This document shows positions 25,301 to 37,429 of a stretch of 64,000 nucleotides of DNA, piece after piece. The notes beneath the pieces were generated by a model. The model had not been told where the DNA came from. It ran no database searches and saw nothing but the letters and a program-made list of their open reading frames with translations. A program made the position numbers and the translations under genes. Position 1 is the stretch's first letter. Every line of letters starts with the position of its first letter. Source of the stretch: Guillardia theta CCMP2712 (Eukaryota > Protista > Cryptophyta); NCBI RefSeq assembly GCF_000315625.1, contig NW_005434578.1:62001-126000 (forward strand). Direction: 5' to 3'.

Positions 25301-26310
25301 ACGAGCTCCTGCATGACTGAGACTGAGATGGCAGCAGAGTCAGCAAGCATCAAGAAGGTCGAGATGGAAGGAAGCTTCCCGGAGCGATGGAAAGGAAAGT
25401 TTCACATCCTTGACGAGAAGCACCTGCTGGTAGATCAAGTTGCTTGCCAACGCTCCTCATGCCTTGTCAGACGATCCGCGTCAAGGACGATGGGGCCATG
25501 GACTTCACGGAGGTAGAGGAGCATGGCAGCGGCTCTCATGCACCCATGAGACATGCTGCAGATGCTGCTGCTCGATGCTAGCGACCCTCTCAAGCTCAAA
25601 GTTTCTCCTCTCACGCTGCCTCTGCCTGGCATCCCCTGGGAGGTCTGTTCTCCTCTGTTCAAACATGCCCTCCTTCCTTGCCCCCTGCTGAACTTCGTAA
25701 CTTCTTCCCTCTGTGTTGATGTGCTTTGAGGTCTATCAGTGACTGATCATGTTGAAAGAACGTCAGGCTCTCAGTGTTTGAAGAGAAACTCCTTGCAACC
25801 TCCTCTTCGAGCAAATTCAGAAGGTGGCGAATTTCTCTATCCTTCCATCCACTCCCTTCCCCTCCCCTCCCCCTTTTTCTCTTCGTCCCTTCTATCTCCT
25901 TCCCTCCTCTCGCCTCCCCTCCCCTCCTCTCCCCTCCCCTCCTCTCCCCTCCCCTCCTGTCCTGTGTCCTGTCCTGTCCTCTCCCGTCCCCTCCTCACTT
26001 CTCGCTGATCTCAATCAGGCTGGTCGGTGTGATCTCTCCCTTGCAAAACGTCGTCAAGATGTTCTGCCTGGACGTGAGGAACCCGGTGAGGTCGGTGGGC
26101 GATGGCAGGACGTGCTGACGTGGCGCTGGCAGAACGTCTCCTTCGACGTTGCCAGTCAAGACAAGTACCTGGTCGTGCTCCCCCGGGACTCCAACGGGAA
26201 ACTGTGAGAGAGGTGACATGGAGGGAGAGATCTGACGTACGGTTAGGATTGTTGGAGATGTTTCTATCATCGACATGAAACAAGTCTTTGACACCAACTC
26301 GACTTCTTGA
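22357..26310 (+). CDS. Large protein with two PDZ domains, a coiled coil and a beta-rich C-terminal region (multi-exon)
   Basis: YGVGAAV...GGPAESAGLLRNDQIVTVDG and VGIGMGF...PGSAADRAGIKHNDVI. 779-aa ORF plus downstream short exons. Confidence 0.8.
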
Positions 26311-26349
26311 GATCGTCTTCAATAAAGTGAGATGCGAAGAGGGAATATT

Positions 26350-28040
26350 TACATTATGGACACTGATGGCGGGAAAAACTTGATTCTATCATGCTGCATC
26401 AAACGGTCTTGGGGTCGACCTGCCCGTTGGAAGCTTCTCTCGCATGTCCTGAGGTCAGTCAGAGGGCAGGAGCAGGAGGTCACACGTCCTCCTCGTTCAC
26501 CTTGAGACTGACTGTCCCGGTCATGGAGGAGGCGGCCTTGTCTGCCAGCACCGGTCAGTCTGAGGAGGAACATCGACTTTCTCTCGTACGTCTCGTCCTC
26601 TCCCGCTGGGTCCTCGGAGTTGATCATCTGCGCATGTAAAGAGTGAGCAGTCTGAGCCCGAGGGCCAGCAAGCGGCGAGCTCACCGTCTCGCTCCTCTCG
26701 CTCATCCCCTCCCCCTCTTCGAGATCGAAGGACTCCAGACTCTCCTCGTCCTCTTCGTGCACCTGCCGAGCTGCTTCAGGGGGCAGAGACAGAGGAGAAG
26801 AAACAACTTCCTGTCCTCGGTCATCACCGCTGCGCTCTGCAGCTTGAGGAAGAGAGTTCGGCTCTCAGCCTCCCCGCCCGGTCCCTCCTCCTCAACTACT
26901 ACCGGAGGGTCCAGGCGCACGTGCGCGTAGCTGCCAGGGGAGGTCAAAGAGCGCACAGGAGGGACAAGAGACAATCTCACGCGACATCATCGTCATCCAA
27001 TACAAATTTCAGCGCTGCTTCCTCTGTCTCCCCTTGAGAAAATTGTCAGTAACTCCCTGCCCTCCTCTCTCCTCCACATACCTGGCCAGTTGGAGGTAGA
27101 AGCGAAGACAGTAGGCAGGACCCCATGGCTGTACCAGGAGGTCACCAACAGCCACCTCCTCTCCTCACAACCTCCCGGACAATCTTCTCAGTCCCACTTT
27201 CAACGCTTCATCGTCGGCCGGCGCCTTTCACGACATTTCATGGTGGCGCGCAGCTTTCGGGGAACGAACCTTGATGAGGTAGCAGTTGGTCCGATGGAGG
27301 AAGACGTCGTCTCTAAGTCCGTATGATCTTCTCGTCCCCGTCAGCTGACAGCACAGCATGCGTCACCCACCGACAAGACCCTCCTCCTGCCACCTACCCG
27401 GATAACCATTGTCCGACTGCACCCCCCCTCCTTGCCAGCTGCGCCGCCCTCGTCTCCGAAGCCTGGCAGGCCTTCGGTTCCTGGCTGAGCTCAGCGAGAG
27501 GAGGAGGAAGCGAGTGTATCGCACCGAAAGGGAAGTTGAAGAAGCTGGGATGGATGAGGGGTGACTGAGCCAGGGGTGACTGAGCCTTTGATGACGTGGA
27601 GCCGTCACAAGGAGGCGAAGGGCAGACGCGTCCTTCGCCCTCGCAGCATCTCGCCGTGTATGTCCCGTGACCTGTGGCAGTCTTGTCAATGTCTGCTCCT
27701 CCTCAGCTCGTCAAGCATCGGAGAGCAGCAAAGACGCAAAGGCGAGACAGCCAATCTCGTATCCCACTCAACATCAAAGGGCATGCGTCCCATGAACGAG
27801 CTTTCTCAAATGGCAGGATCTCACATGGCAGGATCAGAAGGCGAGAGAGGTTTTCTGCTCACCATTGGATGTGGAGCAATGGCTCTCGTGCTCAAATGGA
27901 GAAGATCCCTGGACTTGCATGCAGACGTGCTCACAGCTGGCAACGTCGGGGCAACGCCCTGCTCCCGCCGCTGCTCTCAAAGTGACCAGCATCTGGAGTG
28001 AGAGGAGGAGCCATGGGAGCATGCTAGTCTTGTGCATGAT
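26350..28040 (-). CDS. Hypothetical multi-exon protein with predicted signal peptide
   Basis: MLPWLLLSLQMLVTLRAAAG start and exon-like ORFs with GT/AG borders. Structure not resolved. Confidence 0.35.
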
Positions 28041-28254
28041 ATATGCTCGTCGCGTCCTCTTTTTCTCGCTCTTGCCTCCCCCCGCCCCTCCTCCTCCTGT
28101 ACGTCCTTCCTCAAGCATCTTTGTTTGGCCTGGATAGTTCGGAGAAGGCGGAGGAAGGTGGTAGGGTACTCTTAGTGAATGGAGGGAATAAAGAGGGTGA
28201 ATAGAAATGGAATAAGGGGTAGGGGGTACACCAGCAGGGAGGTGGGGTTTAGGA

Positions 28255-28720
28255 CGGCACGGTGGCACTGCCGCAGGTTCGGCGCCCGGCGTCCGGCCGG
28301 CCGGGCCCCGGCGGCCCAAGGCGGCAAGCCGACTCCCGACTCGGTCCGGCCGGGCGAAGTTTCGAGCCGCGCCGTCGGAGGCCGGGCTCGGAGCTTGGGC
28401 CCGCCGTTGGACTGAGGCTCAGTGATGATGCGTCCCAGCCGGCCCCGTACTCACCGTGGCACTGCAGGCTGACTCGCCGTCAGGCTCGGGCCGTGACCCG
28501 GCGGCGCCGCACTGCTGAGCCCGCGGCCCCGGCCGGGGCCGGCGGAACTTGGAACTCGAACTTCATACTCCGGATTCTCGGACTCCCGGGGGCCGCCGCC
28601 GCGGCCGCCCGGGGGCCGGCGTGTAAGCGCCGGGCCCGGGCGGTCGCACGGGCCCCGCCGGGCCGGCCGCGGCGCCGGGTGGCGAGATCGGATCAGTAGT
28701 GCCGCTACTAGGCTAATGAT
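28255..28720. other. GC-rich palindrome-dense island
   Basis: CCGG/GGCC runs, GGAACTTGGAACTCGAACTTC at ~28544-28564. Confidence 0.75.
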
Positions 28721-29043
28721 GCATACTGACTCGATGATTTACAGAGACATGCGGACTCCCGAGTCTGGCAAAGGACATTCGGGCCGCACTGCACAACTTG
28801 GCAACAATCATTTGAATACTGAAAGTGAAAATGCTTGACTTCGTCATACAGTATGTCTAGATCGGTGATCCAACCCCGGGCATTGAGATTTCAGCCAAGT
28901 TCAAAGTATGACTGCAACCTGGTCGATGGTACGAAACGAGGCGATCAATGGCATTCAGTTTACAGTGACTGATGATTCGTGAAATGGGCACTCGTCCGAT
29001 CCATTGAGAGGAGATCTGCGCGCTAGACGGTGCAGGCAGTGGC

Positions 29044-29457
29044 TTCAAGCGCTGGATTGCTGACACCGATGTAGAAAGGGTGGAAACTGAGCAAGGAGAC
29101 GGTCATTGAATTCCTGAGATTGCCCAAGTTGACGATCCAGCTTGCGTTCAAGGTCTTCCTGACGCTGCTGGGCATCCTTGCGGGCATCTGCATTCTGTTG
29201 CAGGAGTAAAGCAAAAAGTCAACGAAGAGATGCTTCTTTGTCGCTGGTGGTAGGAGAGTTTCGACCCGAAGACATCGCAGAGATGGGCTCTGCGACAGGG
29301 GTGCGCGAAGCAAATGCACCAGAGGCTGAATCACGTGAAGCATGTGGAGCTGGAGACTCCTTAGCGAAGACAGACGGTGCTGGTACAGGCGCAAAACAAC
29401 ATGGGCGAGCACAAGAAGCTGAATGGGAATCCTGCTGTGGTCGATCTTGCATGCCAT
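29044..29457 (-). CDS. Small hypothetical protein or gene fragment with coiled-coil end
   Basis: Two exon-like segments, the second NADARKDAQQRQEDLERKLDRQLGQSQEFNDRLLAQF. Confidence 0.3.
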
Positions 29458-29693
29458 GATTGTATCATCATCTCTCGTTACGGAAAAAGGACGGGGAAAT
29501 TGGAATTGTTCAGCTCCAACATTTCATTGGATTGAAGTTGGAACAGAAATTTGTTCCGTAGATCTCGAAATCCTTCTTTCACTGGTCAGAGCCTTACACA
29601 ATCTGTATACAAGAGGTTGAGACTATCGAAAGGTAGCGCGACATTGCTAGTTTTAAATCATTCTGATGTGCAATGACAGGCCCGGGCGAATGA

Positions 29694-30234
29694 TTGAAAC
29701 ACAGAGGGTTACAACACATTACAACGATGGTTTCCTGTAGGGAAGTGGTCAAACTACGAGCGAATATTCATCCCAGTCCATATTTGGGGTACCTGAACAA
29801 GGACAGCACGGGAAAGATTGAAGGCATGCCGCAGTGCCGCGAGTTTGATGCGGTTGTAGAACCATGTATCAAGGTGATCAAGGAGAGACACGACAGAAAA
29901 CAAAGTCGGCGACCTATCCTGATCGGTGAAAAAGATTTCTTGCGATATGAATGGCAGCAAAAGGGATTACAAGGAGGAAAGATCTGGCAGCAGGAATACG
30001 TTGCTTCCAACAAGATCAGTAGAGAAAATCCACATCCCTGATGATATTCACCAAGCTCCCTGGATACAGACCCCCCAACAAACTGATTCCGTGTCATGTG
30101 GCATATTTCTGTGCGCTATAGCTGACTGCTTGTCTGGTAACATGGGAGTGAATTCATTTGGCCAAGGAGACATCGACGAGATCCACAAGGCTATAGAAAC
30201 TTTATTGAGAATCTTGTATTTATGTAAGAAGTGA
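29694..30234 (+). pseudogene. Ulp1/SENP (peptidase C48) C-terminal fragment split over two frames
   Basis: KDFLRYEW...W in one frame, then TPQQTDSVSCGIFLCAIADCL...FGQGDIDEIHKAI in the next, matching PQQxNxxDCGxF...FxQxD. Confidence 0.6.
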
Positions 30235-30559
30235 ACGCATGCGCAGTGTAGGCGACTGATACATTCAATATGAGCTCACATGGCAAAGGAGTGTTACAAT
30301 GTGGATGGATGGACAATGACATTACAATGTCTATCGTGGCATTGCCTGTGACAGATACATCGAAGTTGCCATCACTACGTTTGCCATCGATTGCTGGAAG
30401 TTGACCCCATAACCTGCAATAGGAAAAATACTGCAGAAGATGATCTCATAAGGAGTAGTAGCACTGATCGGTAAAAGATGATGTCACAATGTAGACAACT
30501 GCAGAATGTCCCCCGGATTGTACACCCTTACACAAGTTTGCAACATTGCTGTCCATGGC

Positions 30560-32305
30560 GCCCCGATATGGGGGGATAGAGGGAGGGACAGGCATTCCCA
30601 CAAAGTGATCAAGTACCCCTACAGGATGTGGTATTTAAGGCTTCCAGAAGGGGGTACTGTAGTCTGTCACCCGCCGCTAGAACGGGGTACGACGACCACC
30701 CCCATATACAACTCAATTTGTTACATACTAGAAGCACGAGGTGGGGGGTGGGCGTGGGGGTGGAATGAGAAGTGGTGGAGTCAATGCAGGGGGTAGTGCT
30801 AGGGAAGCTGTGGGGTCGAATACAAGAATACTTTTCTTTTAAAAATGTTGTTAAACATTATTGAGTCGTACCAGAAAGTACCCACCCTCTGTAGACAAAA
30901 TATTGTTGTTTTGACCCGTTGTGATAGAGAGGAATATGCTTTAAAATTTATTGATTAGAAAACCTCTAACTTTATTAAAACTACCAGAAAAATAGTTATA
31001 ACTGTTCTTGTAAGCTACAATAATTTTTTAAGTCCAGGACAGCAAGTATAAAAAGTAGTAGCCGTATAACCTTTTTTTAATTGTTACTCCTACAGCCCGA
31101 CCCACTCTACACCTACTAAAGCTACCCCCACCCCCATCACTGTTCTAGACAGAAGCTCACCCCTTTAATCAACCCCCCCTGTCTCCTCCTCCACCACCCT
31201 ACCTGCCACTACCCCTACCTCCTCAATTTCTCTATGCCTAATCTTGAGACTGCCACGTACCTCTATTCGCCACCCCTGACCCCTTACACTATCAAACTCA
31301 CATTCCTTAATGCCACCGGTGTTTTCCCCTTGAAGTACCCTTGTTATCAAGAGCTGAAAACCCTCAGGTATCTTCTCCACCCCTGGCTCTCAATCCCAGT
31401 TCAGTGACTCATTGATTGTGAAACAACCCCTACCCACAAATACCACCCTTCCTGGATCTGTACCCCTCGATTCATATATGAATACCCCCTTGTTTCAGCC
31501 TATCACTCACCCTGTGAGCTAGGGTTTGAACTGATGCTTCTATAACCTGCCAACTAATTTATAAAGAACTCTGATAGTTCGGAGTGAATCAAACCTATAA
31601 AGATTTTATATGACCGTTTCTATTATTTCTGGCATGCTTCACCTGCCTGCTGCTGATGTGAATCAAAATGACCAAATCAGTTGGCGATGGACGCATTTCT
31701 TGTATATAAAACACTTTTATTGAGTTTAATTATATTGTTAATTGACAAACATCGATGCTTGTTTCACACATCGATACAACTCCTACTGTAAAAGTACTTA
31801 TAAATTCTGAACTGCTACAGTTCTCGAGCGATTTCGGTACAAAATATATTTTGAGATCTGTACAGAGATTAGATATGTTGTTGTTATAATACCAATCTAT
31901 TTTTGAAAATATATTTAAAACTTCATCGGATCCGAAAAGACAAGATTTCATCTTGCAATGTCTATGGACCCCCATGTTCTGCCTTCAAAGCGCATTCTTG
32001 GATGCTACCCTACCTGCCCCTCACCAAAATGTATACCCACCCTCATAATCAACTAGTTGTCATCCCCCTTGGGATGGTACCCCCAAATTAAACAATGAAC
32101 CCCTCAATGAAGGATTAGACCGGACTTTTACCCTCAATACTCCACAGGAATTTGGGGTCATCATTACCCAATGTCATTTTATACCGGTACGTTCAGTCCA
32201 GTACCCACCATCTCATAATCCTGTTTATAACTCACCGGTCATAGCAACGATTTTGACCCACCCTTCTACGCAACCACTCTACCCCACCCCCACCCATTAG
32301 GGACC
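30560..32305. other. GpC-depleted intergenic tract containing a decayed coding-like relic
   Basis: G-rich 30720-30820, C-rich 31080-31500 and 31960-32300. Only 2 GpC in 32041-32300 by hand count. Confidence 0.7.
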
Positions 32306-32751
32306 TACCTCTGAAGCATCCTCTCCTCCATGCAGGCGTGATCTCGTCGGCATCCAGCAGCTCCAACCCCCCCTCGTGCTCGCGCCCGGACACCTTCCGC
32401 TCCTCCCAGGCTGCTGGTCGGTCTTATCTTCACCAGCCCCTCTAGATCAATCGCCTTCTGATCTCTGAGGCCGTCAGGGTGCTTGCCGCGGAACTGCAGA
32501 GGATATTTCTTACACCTGCTCTGCAAAAGGGGATCCGTTGAAGTTCATTCCTTGTTTCCAATCGGCGACTTTGAGAAGGGATTTCAAGTCTTTGGGTGCT
32601 TGTATTGACACTGGCTGTTGCATGGTTTGCATTTGAGACAAATCTTCCTCCAGCATTCCCCCAAAGAATCAGAAATCGTCGAAGGCAGACAACTTGAACC
32701 TGGAATATATCACGTGAAGACATTGGATGAACTGATCTGGAAGTTGTTACA

Positions 32752-34788
32752 ATGATGCAAGGATTAGAAACGGCTGGATACGACGATCATATGAACCTTC
32801 CTTGGGACTCCCTTCGGGAGCAAGATTGGGCCTCATTAGGGTGTGATCCTGGTGAGACGGATTTTGATGTTCTCACAAACCACGACATTTTTGGAAACCA
32901 ATCATCTGCACCAATCGAAATTGATGGCGTTGACGGTGATATGAATTGCTCTGCGCTTCTGGGTTTTCAATGTAGTCCTGTTGCGGTTGATTCGTCTGTG
33001 GACTTCCTCTGGGAAAGTCTTGGAAATTCCAAGCAGGGTGCGCAGAATGCTTCTGCTCAGACTTCCAGTTCGAACACAAATGATCACCAAGCAAGCAACC
33101 AGGAGGGGTGGTTGTCCTTTGATCAGGACAACAATGGCGATCTCAAGGTGCATGAGGATCACAAGCACATTCTTCCTGCTTTGCCGTCTTCGCCCCTTAC
33201 CTATGCACACTTCTCACATGGAATCGACGGTATGAGGGATGAATCTACAGCCAAAGATGGATTCTGTACAGGACATTTCTGCTGTGTAGCAATTGGTGAT
33301 GGACGAGTGTCTCCACATACCAGTGATCAGGCTCGTTTCCTCTTGGAAAATTTGAAACGATCTGCCGGTAGGGATGAGCATGCGATTGTTCGTCTCAAGA
33401 ACGAAGCGTCGATGGACTTGAAGATCTTGGTGTTCCCTTATGCGTCACCCGAATCCCTTGCATTGCGAGAATACATAGCATCCAACGTCAGCCAAATACC
33501 GGCTCCTTTCGTGCTCCTCTGCGGTGACTTGTCAACAGGAATGAAATCTTCATTCACTGATCATGTCTCCACCAATGTGAAGTCATACATCATCAAAGGG
33601 CTGGCAGAGTGCATGAGTGACAAGCGATGCAATGTCACCGCTTCAAAGTTGAAGGGTAACGAAGGTCCGAGGGCAGCTGTGAATCTCGTGGAGCCATTCG
33701 CTTCTACGTTTTTCAAAGACGTGATCGATGTTGACAGTCTACCTAATCATCAACCCACGGATGCTGAGGCTTCGACATCACACTTTGCCCCTAAGGTCTC
33801 CCCTCGTGCTGGGTTGCCTTACAACATGGGCTCTTCTACTCCGAGGAATTCGTCACCGGACGAGTCGGTTCCTTCGACCCCTCGAGCTGACGATGAGGTG
33901 CACGTCGAGGGTAAAGCAACAGCACACTTTCCGGTCAATCTGTTTGTGACAGCGATTGCGGATGGTTCGATTGAATCGGACACTCCTCAAAAAATCCGGG
34001 AGCGGCTTGCGCAAATTGTACGAAAAGTCCCAAAAGAGCAGAACACAAATGTGGAAGTTTGTGACGGCGGAACAATTGATTTGAAGATGCGAGTTTTTGT
34101 TGTCAACAGTGAAGATGCAAAGGCTGTAGGGGAATACATCAACAGTCATCTGAAACAGAACCCAGCTCCATTCGTTGTCCTTGCAAGACACCTTCCGATG
34201 GCGGTACTCTATGACCCAACTTTGCTTGATCTTTCCGATGCAAGCGTAGCTGATCGTTTGAGGAAGCAAGCAAAGACTCGAGCAGTGAAGGTTCTAAGGG
34301 AGGCAATCGCCAACAAATCCTTGGGGATAACGATGTCAATGATGCGAGGCCATGAGGGTGCTTTGATTCCTGCCGACAGATTGTATGATGCTCTGGGAAC
34401 TCTGACGAAACCTGTGCAAGATGGTGACAACCCAGGCAAGTACATTATCTTCGAAGCCAGGAACAAGGCGGGAAGCGTACCGTGCTCTCCGAGAAAGAGA
34501 CTGGCGAGTGAGGCTCTGGACAAACAACCCCTGTCAGGTGGGAGCATGCATCTTGGGATGCCTGGCAGTACGGCAGGCACGATGGGGCCTGAGAGTCGAA
34601 TAGCAAACGACATGGTGTACAAACCTGTGAATCACCCGAAAATCATGTCCAATGGGAATAGGAAAGCCTCGATGGCCTCTGCTTCAGCAAGCTTCCTGCA
34701 CCGCGACATGATTGTGAAAACTTTCAACAAGCGGGCAAGAAAGGAGGAATTCCCTTTTGACGGTGTATACGATCACGAATTTGTATGA
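32752..34788 (+). CDS. Hypothetical 678-aa protein with an internally duplicated ~150-aa domain
   Basis: Intronless ORF; two clearly alignable repeats (see findings). Confidence 0.8.
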   Translation: MMQGLETAGYDDHMNLPWDSLREQDWASLGCDPGETDFDVLTNHDIFGNQSSAPIEIDGVDGDMNCSALLGFQCSPVAVDSSVDFLWESLGNSKQGAQNASAQTSSSNTNDHQASNQEGWLSFDQDNNGDLKVHEDHKHILPALPSSPLTYAHFSHGIDGMRDESTAKDGFCTGHFCCVAIGDGRVSPHTSDQARFLLENLKRSAGRDEHAIVRLKNEASMDLKILVFPYASPESLALREYIASNVSQIPAPFVLLCGDLSTGMKSSFTDHVSTNVKSYIIKGLAECMSDKRCNVTASKLKGNEGPRAAVNLVEPFASTFFKDVIDVDSLPNHQPTDAEASTSHFAPKVSPRAGLPYNMGSSTPRNSSPDESVPSTPRADDEVHVEGKATAHFPVNLFVTAIADGSIESDTPQKIRERLAQIVRKVPKEQNTNVEVCDGGTIDLKMRVFVVNSEDAKAVGEYINSHLKQNPAPFVVLARHLPMAVLYDPTLLDLSDASVADRLRKQAKTRAVKVLREAIANKSLGITMSMMRGHEGALIPADRLYDALGTLTKPVQDGDNPGKYIIFEARNKAGSVPCSPRKRLASEALDKQPLSGGSMHLGMPGSTAGTMGPESRIANDMVYKPVNHPKIMSNGNRKASMASASASFLHRDMIVKTFNKRARKEEFPFDGVYDHEFV

Positions 34789-35057
34789 ACTATGTCAGGG
34801 AAGGAGAAGTAGCTACTTGGGGTAAGGGTCTGCTGATCGCATATCGGACGAGTTGTTCAAATCGACCAATTTGTAAAATCAAGTTTTTTCGAGTGATGTC
34901 CTAAAGTTATCTCTGTTGGCTCTGGTTCACTTATTGCAAGGTTCTGTGATTAAACGCCTGCGAAAGTATCTGCTGAGCAGAGGAATTTGCGCGCAAATCA
35001 ATAAATGAGATGAAAAAGATGACTGCTCGCAAACTCTATCCAAATTCAACTCTCGTC

Positions 35058-36699
35058 TCATGCAGCATTCGCGCGAATATCGTTGATGGAGGTGACAGAA
35101 AACCCGGAGGTCCGTGCGAGGTAGACGGCGTCGAGGTCTTCCATCCTCCCTTCTCCGCTTGTGGGCGCAAGCTCTCCCATGCACGCCACAGTCTCCAGCC
35201 CTGCCGATCTTAAGAGGAGGAGGGAGGCCTGGAACTTGTCCACCTCTTCCACCTACACATGCGTCACTCGCTCTCCTCCGCTGCCTGCTCCTCACCTTCA
35301 AGGTATCCACATCGACTGGAACTGGTAGGATGTGTCCATCCAGCTCGAGAGTCTCAGCTGTCCCGTTGAGCAGGCCGTGAAGGGTTTGCAACCGAGAGTC
35401 AGCCGCCACCCCTTCTCAGCACGTCACCAATGGCAGCACGAGCAAAGAATCAGTACCGGAAGACTGCAGCAGCATGGTCGAGACTGCGTCTGTCAGCTTC
35501 AACTTCACCTGCCTCTCCTTGTCCAGCGGAGCCCAGAGCACCCCTGAGGTGTACCTCGACATGCTGGCAAGAGCGCTAGCGGACACAGTCTGAGCGCTTG
35601 CGAGGAGAAAGGCCCTCTGTTGGTCGATCATCACGATGAGCTTGCCGGCAGCCAAACTTGCTGCAGCCTCCTTGACAGAGGAGCTGCCGAAGGAGAGGCC
35701 GCTAGACGCTTCGCCGTCCTCCGTCAGGTCAAGCTTGAGAGAGTGGGACATCCTGGCCGCCTTTGTCCTGAGATATTTCACGTTGTAGGTGTTGGGCTCC
35801 ACCAGCGAAGGTTTCGTCCTGTCGATCTTCACCCCCACGTCTGTCAGCTGCTGGATCTTGTAGGGGTTGTTGGTCACCAACTGCACTGACAGGATCCCCA
35901 TGTCCTCGAGGATCGCAGGAACACAATCGTAGGACCTTTCATCGTCCTCGAACCCCAGATGCCTGTTAGCGTCCACCGTGTCCAGCCCGTTGTCTTGCAG
36001 CTGGTATGCAGCGATCTTGTTCGCCAGGCCGATGCCCCTCCCCTCCTGAGGCATGTAGATGATGGCTCCAGAGTTCTGGTTGATGTAGTTGAGTGCCATG
36101 TCCAACTGCTCCTTGCAGTCACACCTCTTCGAGCCCAGTACCTCCGACGTGAAGCACTGATCGTGTACCCGCACAACCACTCCCTCCTTCCCCCTCAAGT
36201 CCCCGCTCACCATCACCACCGGCTCCATCTCCGTCCACTCCAGCACCCGCTCGCCGTTCCTTGTAACTATCTTAGCTCCCCTGTACCTGTAGGAGCGCAG
36301 ACGGAACATCCCGCGGTCAGTGGGCATGTGGCACTCAGCGATGAACTCAGTCTTGCCCTCGGGGTAGTACTGGTCCCCGAAGCTCTTCCCCTGGCTCGCG
36401 CGCATCGGCTCGATGGCCATGCGCAGCTTCAGGTGAGCCGCGTTGATCCGCGGGCTGGAGCTGCCGGACATTCCCACGGCAGTTGCGACATGGTCGTGGA
36501 AGGAGGAGCGATGGGGCGCAGGGGCTTGCGGACGAGCTTCCATGTCTACTGCTGGGAACGTGCAGGCGAAGCAAGCCGTGTCCTTGAGCCAGAGGGAGGA
36601 GATGAGGAGGAGCACCATGTAGAGCGACATGTTGAGCCAGCAGTGGGTAGAGAAGGGAGTGCGAGCTTTCTTGCGGCAGGCGCCTGTCTGTTTCCCCAT
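35058..36699 (-). CDS. ribA: GTP cyclohydrolase II with C-terminal degenerate DHBP synthase domain and N-terminal signal/transit sequence (3 exons)
   Basis: VRVHDQCFTSEVLGSKRCDCKEQL, QEGRGIGLANKIAAY, DTVDAN, DERSY, LVTNNPYK. C-terminal part follows the RibB pattern. Confidence 0.92.
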
Positions 36700-37429
36700 A
36701 ACCTTCCTCGCTTCTCCTCCTAGAGCTCAGGCAAGAAATCTTTGTGCCTGCATGTCATCGGGGGATCCTCGTGTCCTGCCCCCTGTCCGCTACCTGAACA
36801 TCCCACAGTGAGCAACAAGAGCATCCGGTCGCCTCCTCTGACCGCTCTATCCAGGTGTCAATCTTGAGTGGGGAGCGAAGAGGCTGAGGAATCAGAGCGC
36901 AACCAGAGGCCCAAGACTGAACCCTGAAGGAACGGGTTAGCGAAGGAGACGGCAATCTGCGGACGGAGAGTCGATGGAACTTGGAGACATGGGGGAACCA
37001 AAAGGTGACTTAAGGGAGGTGGAGGGCACTGGGGCAGACAATGAAAGCAAGAGAAAAGAGAGAACAGTGATGAGAATGAGAAGGCAGACGAGGAGGAAGT
37101 TGTCGTAATCATCGTAATGTATGAGAAAAGAGATGATGATAACCATTACAACAGGGGGGAACTCATGTGATTTGAGCGAGCAGGATGGAAGATGTACGCA
37201 AGCAGAGAGAAAGACAGATGACCTCAGAAACAAAATATGATGAGGGAAAAAGAGCAAGAATCATGACCGGCAGGTCAAGCGACGAGGAGTTGGAGAGTGT
37301 TCACAAGCAAGAAATCAGAAAATCGTCAAGACAGAACTACGTTTGGTGAAGTAGCAAGCAAGTCCTGAGAGGGAGGATAAAAGGAGGAGCAGAAGCCGGA
37401 GGAGAAGGAGATGGTGAGCGAGAGGGAGA

